Origin: Carcharhinus amblyrhynchos
Lineage: Eukaryota
Assembly: GCA_965287045.1 (NCBI GenBank)
Contig: OZ336871.1
Location: forward strand, 56,296,001 to 56,360,000
DNA length: 64,000 nucleotides
Reading direction: 5' to 3'
Shown: piece by piece, positions 22,327 through 33,405 of the stretch
Layout of the letters: each line of letters starts with the position of its first letter
Numbering within the stretch: position 1 is the first letter of the stretch
Program-made: the position numbers and the translations under genes
The notes under the pieces: model-generated
Told to the model about the DNA's origin: nothing
Seen by the model: only the letters and a program-made list of their open reading frames with translations
Database searches by the model: none

Positions 22327-23746
22327 CGGTAGACGGGCGCCGCAACAGCTCAGTGACTAGCACTGCTGGCTGTGTAGACACATGGATTTGGGCCTGTGTC
22401 TGTGGGAGTTTGCGCATTCTCCCTGTGGTTGCGTGGGTTTCCTCCGGGCGCTCCGGTTTCCTCCCACACCCCAAAGATGTGCTCTTAGGCTAATTGGTTT
22501 TTACCAAATTGACACTATTTCTTCCCTGAATCTGACTCAGTAGGGTCCCATTCGTAGACATGCAGGGTAGAATAGGTGTAGGGTGATGCGGCGGCGCGGG
22601 CTCGTTGGGCCGAAGGGCCTGTTTCCCGTGCTGGGTTGTTCTTTGTTCTTTGTTCTTTGTCACCCATCACCACAACTGGATCTGCCACCTCCCACTCAAA
22701 GTTACTCTATAGCCACAAGGAGATGTCCTTAATCCTGGCAACAGGCAGGCAATACAACCATTGAGCTGTAGAGAACGGTATCCATCCCCATGGTTATACT
22801 GTTCTCTATCACAACTATAACCTCTTCACTCCGCATACCTGAATGACATCCTTCACCATGTGCCATGGTCAGTCTGCTCATCCACTTTGCAGTTCTGCTC
22901 CTCATCCACCCTAAGGCAAGCACCTCATACCTGTTGAACATGGCCAGAGGCTGATGCTCCTCCATCACGACATGTCAGGTTCCCATATCTGCAGGATGTG
23001 CAGTCATACTCCCCTATCCCTGGTCACTGACAAACTTTAAAGTTCTGCTTAGCCTTTAGGTGCACCTGGAATAAAGCATCCAAGTATTGTTCCCCATTCA
23101 CAGTGTCAATAACACTGAGCTGAAACTCCTTAAGCTACAGATATTCATGACAGACAACACTGCTGTCCAGACGCTCCCACATTCCACATCACCTGCCCTA
23201 TCATCTTTTTATATGTTAATTATGTGTTCCTTAATTCATTCATAATTAATAAACCCTATTACTCCTAATAACCCACTACTGCTAACAAATCTTATTTATA
23301 CCAATAAAACCTTGTAATTATTGATAATTTATGCACTTTTGAAAGAAAAAGGAACAAAATACTCACCAATCAATTACTTCACTGTTTCCCTGTGACCCTG
23401 TGACAATTCTTTAATTGCTGTTGGTCCACAGACTGAGCCCCCATGCTGGCTCTGCTCTTTAGTGGACTCTCTCCTCTCTCTCCTCACTCTTTAATGGACT
23501 CTCATCTATGTCTCCCCACTCTCTTTCAGGGAGTTTTGTCATTCTCTCTGCTCTTCAATGCCCTCTCTCTCCGTGCTGTTTAATGGACTCCCACCTCTCA
23601 GTGCTGTTTAACGAGACTAACTTTATATTCTAGATTACGTGATTGAATTTAAATTCTACCAGCTGCCAAGGTGGACTTTGAACCTGTGTTTCTCTCTGCT
23701 ACAGACCCAGTACTGCACATAAACCACATCATCACATGACCTTGTC

Positions 23747-24094
23747 AATCATAGAATCATAGAACCTTACAGTGCAGAAAGAGGCCCTTTGGCCCATCGA
23801 GTCTGCACCGAACACAATCCCACCCAGCCCTACCCCCATATCCCTACATTTTTATACCCACTAATCCCTGTAACCCACGCATCCCAGGACACTAATGGCA
23901 ATTTTAGCACGGCCAATCTACCTAACCCACACATCTTTAGACTGTGGGAGGAAACCAGAGTACCCAGAGGAAACCTATGCAGACATGAGGAGAATGTGCA
24001 AACTTCACACAGGCAGTGACCCGAGCCGGGAATCGAATCCAGGTCCCTGGAGCTGTGAAGCAGCAATGCTAACCACTGTGCTACCATGCCACCC
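23747..24094 (-). mobile_element. HE1-type V-SINE with CR1/HER1 tail
   Basis: tRNA head with A and B boxes, V-domain, and tail ending (TCTATGAT)n. Confidence 0.9.
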
Positions 24095-25113
24095 AAATCA
24101 CAAATCAAAAATCCCAGGGGCACGTAAATAAACAAAAGTCCTTAAACTCTACCTGACAGAACCATTTGCAAGGTTGAAATGAATAATTATCCTGCTCTCC
24201 CAGCATCAGAGTTGCAATCCCCCCAGATATACTAACTGCCTGCTGCATAAAGCTGAATTTTTAAACGTTCCCTTAAACACAAATATATTGCACCAGCATC
24301 ATCACAGAAACAAAAGGAAGCAATATTGTTTTGAGAAATATTTTTCACATTGTGTACATGCAGATGAGGTGATCAGGAGACACTTGAGGTGATTCTGTTA
24401 CTGCCTGCTGCCGATAAAGGATGGATAAAGTTCCTATTTGCTCAAACAATACTTCTTGCAGGCATAGCTGAGAGTTTGGGATTATAGAATCATTCCAGTG
24501 TGTCAGTTATTGTGGCACATCTTTAACCTTTTGCTGAAGAGCAGGTTTTGCTATTGGAATCCTTTGGTACACTTAGTTTTTGAAGGAAGAAAAGGAGGAA
24601 ACATAAAATAGTGCTTGATGCAGGCTGCACCAGAAGTGTTCAGCACCCCTTTTCACAAATCAGGTATTCTCACATTCAGATCTGCACATGAGTTGCACAT
24701 GCTAATCTGCACAATTTAGCAGAGGATTAGTTCATGCGGAGGTTCCAAATCTCAAGGGAGGTCCGGTCATGTCAGCTTCCTGATAGCATGAAAGTGATAT
24801 GTGAAAGCCTGACTAATGTTAGAAAATGCTTATGCGTACACAAATAGGGAGAGAATGTCAGAGATCTGCATCTGATTCACAGCAGGCTGGATTTTGTAAC
24901 TTCTGGTGGGCAAGAGCAGGAAGCAGTGCTGGTGTGAGTACAAGCTTAATTCCCACTGAATACTTATTGAATTCAATCTGATGCCACATGTCACATTTGT
25001 CCAAGTTCTGTCTCTAGTATTTATCTCACCAATAAAAAATAGTTCCGTGGTCTTAACCTATTTAGCTGTCCCCTTAAAACTAGTTTATAATGTACATAAT
25101 TGGGATGGAAAAT

Positions 25114-25426
25114 TAGAATCATACAACCCCACCAGTGCAGATAGAGGCCACTCAGCCCATCGAGCCTGTACTGACAACAATCCAACCTAGGCCCTATCCC
25201 TTTAACCCCACTTAATTACTCTGCTAGTTGCACTAAGGGACAATTTAGCATGGCCAACCAACCTAACCCGCACATCTTTGGACAGTGGGAGGAAACCAGA
25301 GCACCTAGAGGAAATCTACGCCAACATGGGAGAACATGGAGACATTGCACAGACAGTGACCCAAGGCCAGAATTGAACCCAGGTCCCTGCCGCTGTGAGG
25401 CAGCATTGCTAACCACTGTGGCGCCC
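25114..25426 (-). mobile_element. HE1-type V-SINE with CR1/HER1 tail
   Basis: Same head, V-domain and tail architecture as 23747-24094. Confidence 0.88.
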
Positions 25427-26471
25427 ATTCAATGTTGGTGGACGTTGAGATAGCATTATTTTTTTCTTACCTTTTCTACCATCTTCACAAAAATCGTTGT
25501 TTATGGAACCAAATAATTTTCAGGTTTCTTCTTTATTGCTATTGTTATTGTGTAACTTGCAGCTAACAAAATCCAGGAAAGGGAATCACGTGAGTTTCCT
25601 CATTGTAGTGCGTGATTTAGATATGGTGCAAAATTTCAAGAGCTGATCATCACACGTGGGTACAATGATGCCCAAGAAGGTATGGACAGAACTGCCAATA
25701 TTTTTGGAGTCATATTTATACCTGGGTATGCGTGAGAGGGCCTCTTTCCATTGCTTTTTCGTCACTAGAAGAATTGTAACTGTGCAGCTACACTACCTGT
25801 TCCAGACTAATCTTCAGACAAATGCAAGAAGTGTTGTGTAGCTGGTCATCATGCAGTAAATACCTCTGCAACAGGATCCATCCAAATCAGCCAATGCTAT
25901 CCATAGAAGCATAAAGCAATACGATGTGTTATGCTTGTAAGGAAGAACTCCTTCGCATCTTCACCTGCAATAAGGGAGCAATAGCTGGAGAGGGCATAGA
26001 ATTCTTTTCCATGTCAAACTTCCCAAGAATGTTGGCAGTATAAATGTACCCATATGACTGGACCTCATCCCCCTTTATGCAAAAACATTGCAACGTATGC
26101 ATATTTACTACCAACTTCTTATGGGTCCTTAAGATTTATGCTCTACATCACTTACGTAATAAGAGACTGCAAAGAAAATTAGGAAGGAATATCTTATACT
26201 CTTTGCATTCTATGTCCTTGAGGGTACAGTTATGAATTAGTTTTCTACCCCAATAAAAATCATAATGAATGCAATATTTGTCTGCGAGTGCTGTTTGGAA
26301 GGCCTGGAAGCATATGCACATTCTTCTGCCATATTGTTGATGGCATTAGCATGTATACAGTGACCATCTGCTGGAAGTATGCAATGCAGGTATATCATGA
26401 TGTTAATCAACGTGCAATACTGCACTGACGCCAACAGTGCCACTTCTGGGCACAATGCTGCTGCTAACATT

Positions 26472-27078
26472 CTCTCTTAACCTTGGACGAGTAACTTAGA
26501 CAGGCACATGACTGGGTTGGAGATGGGTGGATATAGGAGATTGTTTTAAATAAGGGTCATTAGCATTGGGGCATCCCTGGTAATGTAAATGGGTATGGTA
26601 TGATAATGTTTTTTCTCTTTTCATTCACAGGTTTTAAGTCGGTCCACCTCGTGTCCAACGAGGGGCATACACGCGATGGGTCGTACTGGGGCTGCTCTTG
26701 GTTGTTCGAGATTGGCCTAGTGCTTCATGTCATTAGTGTGTGCCTAAACTGGACAAGATACTGGGCAAGACGCAGCTCAGTGACTATCGCTGATTGCTGT
26801 GCAGACACATGGATTTGGGCCGGTGTCTGTGGGAGTTTGCGCATTCTCCCCGTGCTTGCGTGGGTTTTCTCCAGGTGCTCCGGTTTCCTCCCACACCCCT
26901 GTTAGGCTGATTGGCAGGAATAAATTGTCCCTAAATCAGTTTCCCTCAATCTGGATGACCATAAAACATTAGACAGGGGTCGTGGGTGGAGAGGGGGACT
27001 GGTGGTGTTGAGCTGGCGGCGCGGGCTCGTTGGGCCGAAGGGCCTGTTTCCCGGGCTGATTTTGTTCTTTGTTCTTTG
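26472..27078 (+). mobile_element. 5'-truncated CR1 of a sister subfamily, carrying the same 3'UTR module
   Basis: ORF2 end LDRHMTGLEMGGYRRLF*, then splice acceptor, structured element and V-domain. Shares an identical GGCGGCGCGGGCTCGTTGGGCCGAAGGGCCTGTTTCCCG block and (GTTCTTT)n tail with the 18546-22657 copy. Possible TSD ACATT (26467-26471 and 27079-27083). Confidence 0.88.
26642..26754 (+). ncRNA. Conserved structured RNA element in the CR1 3'UTR (copy 2)
   Basis: Folds like 22214-22326. Confidence 0.62.
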
Positions 27079-27919
27079 ACATTGAACAGGCATTGAACAG
27101 CAGCAAGGATTTTCCCCAGAGTGCTATCTAAAGGGTCCATTAACTACTTATAGGTTTTGTTAACTGTGCATTCCTTCTGGATTGTTACAATTTGGTGTTT
27201 TCCATATTTCAGTTTGCAAAGGTTGGTGAAGAATGATTGGTAATCAGCAGCTAACACAGTGCCGCAAGGTTTCTAATCTTGAGGGCAGGGATTTTAAAGG
27301 GACGAGAGCCAAAGCTAGAATTAATTAGTTGCTAATCAGCCTAAACTGTGGCTGTTGGTCCTCCAGGTAGTCGAGGCCGGGTTTCCCCCAACTTTCTGGC
27401 TCATCGTTAGAGCCTCCTGACTCAGCGTTCAGCACAGTGATTGATAGGATGAACTATGATCAGTCTTATAATATAAACTCATCAAATTAAATGTTATCAG
27501 CTTCCCATTTGAATGGCTGGAATTTCAAGGTTTGCAAAGAAAGGAGTTAAACCACTTATTCCTTTTGGGGAAATCACAGCTGTCAATCAGGTTTAGCATC
27601 TTTGTAAATATTGTGGTTAGGATCAGTGGAGGAACTTGAGATGTATTCAAGTGGGAAGGGAAATGAAAATGAACACAGCTGATTGGAGCATGAGTAGAAA
27701 TACATTGAGATCTGAGGTGAAGTCTTTTTCAAAGCACCACACATCGAAATTGACAGAGGTCAAAGATTTCCAATGTAATGGAGAGGGCTTCAAAGGTTTC
27801 AATTTGCTAGGAAGCCTCAGAAACTTCAAATCAAATAGTCCCCATGGTGGGGGTGTGCCATTGGTGGGATTGGAAGATCCCGCTGCTGTGAACGGCTTAT
27901 ATCTATTTATGTGGAACTC

Positions 27920-28450
27920 GACTCCAAGATGGTACCAGAGCAGGGCGACTTCTTGCAAGCTATGCCCAGCATACCTTCTAATTCTACCTTTTACTCTCAT
28001 TATGGCTCTTGCTCTGCCCAAGAGTGCAAGGAACTACAAAAGGTCATGAACATGGCCCAATCCATCATGCAAACCAGCCTCCATCCATTGACTCCGTCTA
28101 CACTTTGTGCTGCCTCGGCAAAGTAGCCAGCATAATTAAGGACTCCACACGCCCTGGACATTCTCTCTTCCACCTTCTTCCTTTGGGAAAAAGACACAAA
28201 AGTCTGAGATCACATAAAAAACCGACTCAAGAGCAGCTTCTTCCCTGCTGCTATCAGACTTTGGAAACGATTTACCTTGCATTAAGTTGATCTTTCTCTA
28301 ACCCTAGTTATGACTGTAACACTACATTCTGCACTATCTTGTTTCCTTCTCTAATAATGGTATATTTTGTCTGTATAGCACTCAAGAAACAATACTTTCA
28401 ACTGTATGTTAATACATGTGACAATAATAAATTAAATCAAATGAAAGCAA
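27920..28450 (+). mobile_element. Rex/Babar-type LINE 3' fragment
   Basis: Homologous to 30990-31423 (LQKVMNMAQSIMQTSL), with an AATAAA/(TCAAA)-like tail. Confidence 0.75.
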
Positions 28451-28834
28451 AGTGAATACTTAACCAATGTTCACCACTTGCTCACGCTACAAATAATATA
28501 CAATTAATAGCTTTAATTTATAAGAGAATTGGGTTGAATATTGGATTCAACTCATTTTTGGATGTGGGAGCTATGGTACAATCAATTCATGTTTCTTCAT
28601 GTCAATGATTTCAGTGTGTAGTCTGATGATTGCACATTGGTTGGGGCAGCATGGTGGCACAGTGATTACACATGGACCTGGCGCTCTGAGGCAGCAATGA
28701 CTGGTGGGCTCCTGAAATGCACCCACCTGGCAGACACTGCTAATGCCAGCAAGAAACACTCCTGTATTCCCACTGGCATGAGCACTTTGTCCCAATTTGG
28801 GAGAGTTGCAGCCATGATGTTTGTGACTGACATC

Positions 28835-29170
28835 ACGCTACCCCCTCCATCCCTCACCCCTTCCATCACTCGCCCCCATCAGTCACCCCCCCTCCATCAC
28901 TCACCCCCCTCCATCACTCACCCCCCTCCATCACTCACCCCTTCCATCACTCGCCCCCATCACTTGCCCCCCCATCACTCACCCCCCTCCATCACTTACC
29001 CCTTCCATCACTCGCCCCCATCACTCGCCCCCCAATCACTCGCCCCCCAATCACTCACCCCTTCCATCACTCACCCCCATCACTTGCCCCCCTCCATCAC
29101 TTGCCCCCCTCCATCATTCGCCCCCCCCCCATCAGTCACACCCTCCATCATTCACCCCCCCATCCCATCA
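28835..29170. repeat. C-rich minisatellite (CCATCACTCACCCCC-like, 13-17 bp units)
   Basis: About 20 tandem CATCACT(C/T)(A/G)CCCC units. Confidence 0.9.
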
Positions 29171-30685
29171 TTCAGCAGCAAGCAGGATTTATGTTTAACA
29201 ACCAGATGTTTGAAGAAAGTTTGCTGAAATTGATTAAAGTAGTGTTTGTCAACTCTGACTCAGTGTACTCCTGGAGGTTTGATCATGTGACATTTGGATA
29301 GCAGCTGGTTCCAATTGTGTGATAGGGTCATGAGCAAAGGTTGTGGGTGTGTTCCAATTCCTGCGCTGTTGCATATACAGTGATAGGGCAGAGCTATGGA
29401 ATTTCAATTCCATTACACCAGATCTTACAAGTTTGATTAGTGCGGGATGCAAAAGGTAACAGAGCAAAATTCCTTTGAAAGTCTGTTTTGTGTTCATGTA
29501 ACCCGTGCAGTGTACATTGGCTCAGTGATGGTGAGCAGTCAAATGAAGCATAAACACTGGTTGGACTGAATGGTTTGTCTCGGTGCAATAAATCCCAAGT
29601 AAATGTCTCCCACAATATCCAGACATGGGTGAATGACCTTGAATTCCTCACCATTTCTAAGGCCTGCTTCACAATGCATCGCTGTTCAACAGAAAGTTGC
29701 TGTAACTCATCACGTGCTGATCCTACCAACAGCCCAGGATATTGAGGTATTAGCACTAGATCACAGTTGGACAACGGCATACCACATAACAAACTGTGAG
29801 AAATGCTGAAGTGTTTCAAAGAGGAAATCCGAAACACGAAAGGTCAAGCAGGAAGACAGGCACATTGAGGGTTGGAAGACAACTCAAGCTGCAGCATTGT
29901 AATGCAGAGTTTGTTCAGATATGTTGTCAGGCCAAAGACTGACTGCAATGTGCTGCCTTCATTCAGATAAGAGGCACACATCCTATCACCATGAATAATG
30001 CTTTGGAGAAATGAAAACAAACCATAAAGACTCTTAAAGTGCTCTGTTTAGTACTAATTTTCTTTAGTTTAGACATCAATAAATGGAAGTTTAATTGATA
30101 TGTAAAGACAAATATTTTCAAATAAGTAGGACGATATATTCTGATTCTAATATGATTTTGAAACGATTCACGCCTCTGGTCTGTATATTCAACCAACAAT
30201 GTATCAGTCTATAGAACAAGGTGTGATCTGGGAGATATACTTGATGAAGCTTCAGAATTTCAGTTATAAAAGTGATTCATTTGAAATTCTGGGAAGTACA
30301 AGAGATAACAGGTATACAAACAATGTGAACCCACATTGCTTCCTGCACTCCATCACTCCCCTCGCCCTTCTTTTCCCATGCTCCTGTCCCTCACTTCCAA
30401 CTCAGCTCTGATTGCTCGCAACTCATGTGTTCCTCCCCCACTCCCTCTCATCTCCCACCCTTACCCCTGCCATTGTTCACTTAATCTGCTCTGAACTTAC
30501 ACTCTCCTCCCCACTCCCTCAACTCCCCTTCCTCTACCTGTTTCCTTCCCCTGCTCCCTCATATTCCTCCTTGATCCAGTCTCTTCCCTCATCCTCTCCC
30601 ACTTTCACCCTCATTCCCCTGCTCTCTCCCTCTCCCCTGGGTCTTTTCCACTCTCTTTCTCTTGCTCTCATCAGAGCTCTCCCTC

Positions 30686-31423
30686 CAATGTCAACAAAAT
30701 GAAGGAGATTGTCATTGACTTCAGGAAACTTAAAGGAGAGCATGCCCCTGTCTACATCAATGGGGACCAAGTAGAAACGGTCAAGAGCTTCAAGTTTTTA
30801 GATGTCCAGATCACAAACAACCTGTCCTGGTCCTCCCATACTGACACTATAGTTAAGAAAGCCCACCAATGCCTTTACTTTCTCAGAAGACTAAGGAAAT
30901 TTGGCATGTCAGCTACAACTCTCACCAACTTTTACAGATGCACAATAGAAAGCATTCTTTCTGATTTATCTTGGGGAGAGCTCCTGCTCTCCCTAAGATT
31001 GCAAAGAACTACAAAATGTCATGAATGTAGCTCAATCCATCATGCAAACCAGCCTCCCATCCATTGACTCTGTCCACACTTCCCGCTGCCTCATCAAAGC
31101 AGTCAACACAATTAAGGATCCTGTGTACCCTCGACATTCTCTCTTCCACTGTCTTCTGTCGGGAGAAAGATACAGAAGTCTGAGGTCATGTACCAACCGA
31201 CTCAAGACCAGCTTCTTCCCTGCTGCTGTCAGACTTTTGAATGGACTTACCTTGCATTAAGTTGATCTTTCTCTACACCCTAACTATGACTGTAATATTA
31301 CAGTCTCTCATTTCCTTCTCTATGAACAGTATGCTTTGTCTGTATAGCACGCAAGAAACAATACTTTTCACTGTAAGTTAATACATGTGACAATAATAAA
31401 TCAAATCAAATCAAATCAAATCA
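30686..31423 (+). mobile_element. Rex/Babar-type LINE RT C-terminal fragment
   Basis: KEIVIDFRK..FKFL.VQITNNLSWSSH..KKAHQCLYFLRRLRKF..FYRCTIESIL, ending in an (ATCAA)n tail. Confidence 0.85.
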
Positions 31424-32256
31424 ATTCTCTTTGACTTCAATTTTGCTCAGGCTGCTTGATACCACCCTGAGTCAAATGTTGCCTTGATGTCAAGAGTCAT
31501 CCTGACCTCACCTCTTGAATTCAGTTCTTTCGGCTATGTTTGAACCAAGGCTGTAATGAATTGTGGAGCCAAATGGCCTGGTAGAAACTGAAGTCAACAT
31601 TGTTGCAGAGTAAACACACCGAGTAGAACTGTCGACAACTTCCATCACATTCCTAAAGTCTGGGAGTAGACTGATAGCTGAAAGCTCTGTTCTGAATCTA
31701 TCTCCTTTAGCACAATGGGACTGTCACACAACACCATGGAGGGAATTCTCAGTGTGAAGATGGTTTCCATAAGGACTATGTGATTGTCATCCTACTAATA
31801 CTATCTTGGATGGACACATCCACAGAAGGTAATTGGCAAAGATGATGCCAAACAGATTTTTCCTCTTATTGCTTCTCTCACTGCCTGCCACAGGCCTGGT
31901 CTGTCAGACAGATCCTCAGGATATGGATTGTTTGGTCTGCAGTAGTGTTACTCTTATTGATGAAGTTGAATTTTCCCACCTGCAGAACATTCTGCATCCT
32001 TGATCCCTGAAGTACTTTGTCCAAGTGGCATTTAACATACTGACTCACCGCAACCTTCTTAAGACCAGGTAGGAATGGGCAATAAATGTTGGTCTTGCCA
32101 GTGAGGTCAAACATCCCATAACTGAAGACAAGAAAACTAATTTGAAGAGAAAGTATGCAATTTTGTGGCATGGTGATAGGGGTGGGAAGCAAGGAGTAGA
32201 ACAATTAAAACTTCAATGGAATGTGAGATGCGACTGTTGAATGAATAGAACATTAA

Positions 32257-32577
32257 AGTGTATAGTCCACCTGGTGTATACTAAATTAATCATCTATTTT
32301 AAAGTATGTAGATCACCCAGTATATTGAATTAGTTATATCTTCTAAAATGTGCAGGCCACCTGATCTATACTAAATTAATCATTAATTTTAAATTGTGTA
32401 GACTGTCTGGTATATACAAAATTAAACACATATTCCAATGTTTGCAGATCACTTGGTGTATATTAAATGAATCATATATTCTAACATGTGCATGCCACTT
32501 AGTGTATACTAAATTAATCATATATTCTAATGTGTACAGCCTACTTGTTGTTGCATTAAATTAATCATATATTTCTA
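32257..32577. repeat. 46-bp AT-rich minisatellite (~7 units)
   Basis: Unit such as CATGTGCATGCCACTTAGTGTATACTAAATTAATCATATATTCTAA. Confidence 0.85.
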
Positions 32578-33096
32578 TTATTTGCACCCTTTCAACATCA
32601 AACTGCCTGTGAGGAACTTTTCCTGCCAAAACGCACGTTGCTAACTCAGTTGTGAGCTTTTTAAGATTTATTGATCATTTTGGTCAGTAAATTATGAAGA
32701 GTAGCTTCAAGTTGCTACAATAATTGGGTAATGCTCTCTGTTGTAATCATGAAGTAGGGAAATTATCCTTCATTTGTAATATCAAAGGCCTGAGGCAGTT
32801 ATGCAGAGTCAGGAAATTTTCCAGCACCAACCTTAGCCTAAGTGGTTGGATCTTGATTGAGGGAGAGGGAGGGCAGGCGTGCACTCAAGTTGATGGAATA
32901 ATATTAACATTTTTTAAGCCGATATACTTGCTTGTTTACTCGAAGGAGCTGGTAGCAGAATGACCGACAGCTGAAAACCATCCCGCGATTGGGAACTGGC
33001 TATTGGGAAAAGATCCCTGGCCAGTGTTTGAGGGAAGGTAGGCCATATACCTGGTGTCCTGGCAAAATCACCAAAAACGATCAATTCATGAGTTAT

Positions 33097-33405
33097 TATG
33101 GAATCAATACAGAAGGAGGCCATTTGGCCCATTGAGCCTACACTGACAACATTCCCACCCAGGCCCTAGTCCTGTAACCCCACGTATTCACCCTGCTAAT
33201 CACTAAAGAGCAATTTATCATGGCCAACCAGCCTAACCTGCACAATGCCTGGACTGTGAGAGGAATCCAGAGCACCTGGAAGAAGCCCACACAAACACAG
33301 GGAGAACACACAAACTCCACACAGACCCTCACCCAAGGCCAGAATTGAACCTAGCTCCCTGAAGCTGTGAGGCAGCAATGCTAATCATTGTGCCACCGTG
33401 CCACC
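33097..33405 (-). mobile_element. HE1-type V-SINE with CR1/HER1 tail
   Basis: tRNA head, V-domain and CR1-like tail. Confidence 0.88.

Larger units (their letters stand above)
18546..22657 (+). mobile_element. Young, near full-length CR1 LINE
   Basis: Esterase ORF1, APE-RT ORF2, structured 3'UTR and (GTTCTTT)n tail. TSD TGTCAC at 18540-18545 and 22658-22663. Confidence 0.97.
17720..23200 (-). mobile_element. Old CR1 (EN and ORF1 region) split by the young CR1 insertion
   Basis: Sequence is continuous across the TSD. A degenerate ORF1/ORF2 junction (TTTTAAGCTAAT plus G-tract) sits at 18216-18245. A related ORF1 fragment lies at ~17300-17650. Confidence 0.7.

Noticed and set aside
22208-22330. 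HDV-like or hammerhead ribozyme in the CR1 3'UTR (CCACCTCGTG resembles an HDV L3 loop)
   Set aside because: CCUCG pairs locally with CGAGG, I could not build the nested double pseudoknot, and there is no CUGANGA/GAAA core.
23747-24094. tRNA genes suggested by A/B boxes
   Set aside because: These are SINE heads joined to V-domains and LINE tails; there is no full cloverleaf.
26600-26905. 101-aa ORF across the 3'UTR module as a hidden ORF3
   Set aside because: Frameshifted and stopped in the younger copy. Differences between the copies are mostly non-synonymous but preserve base pairing.
28637-29227. 196-aa Pro/His/Ser-rich ORF
   Set aside because: Translation of a C-rich minisatellite.
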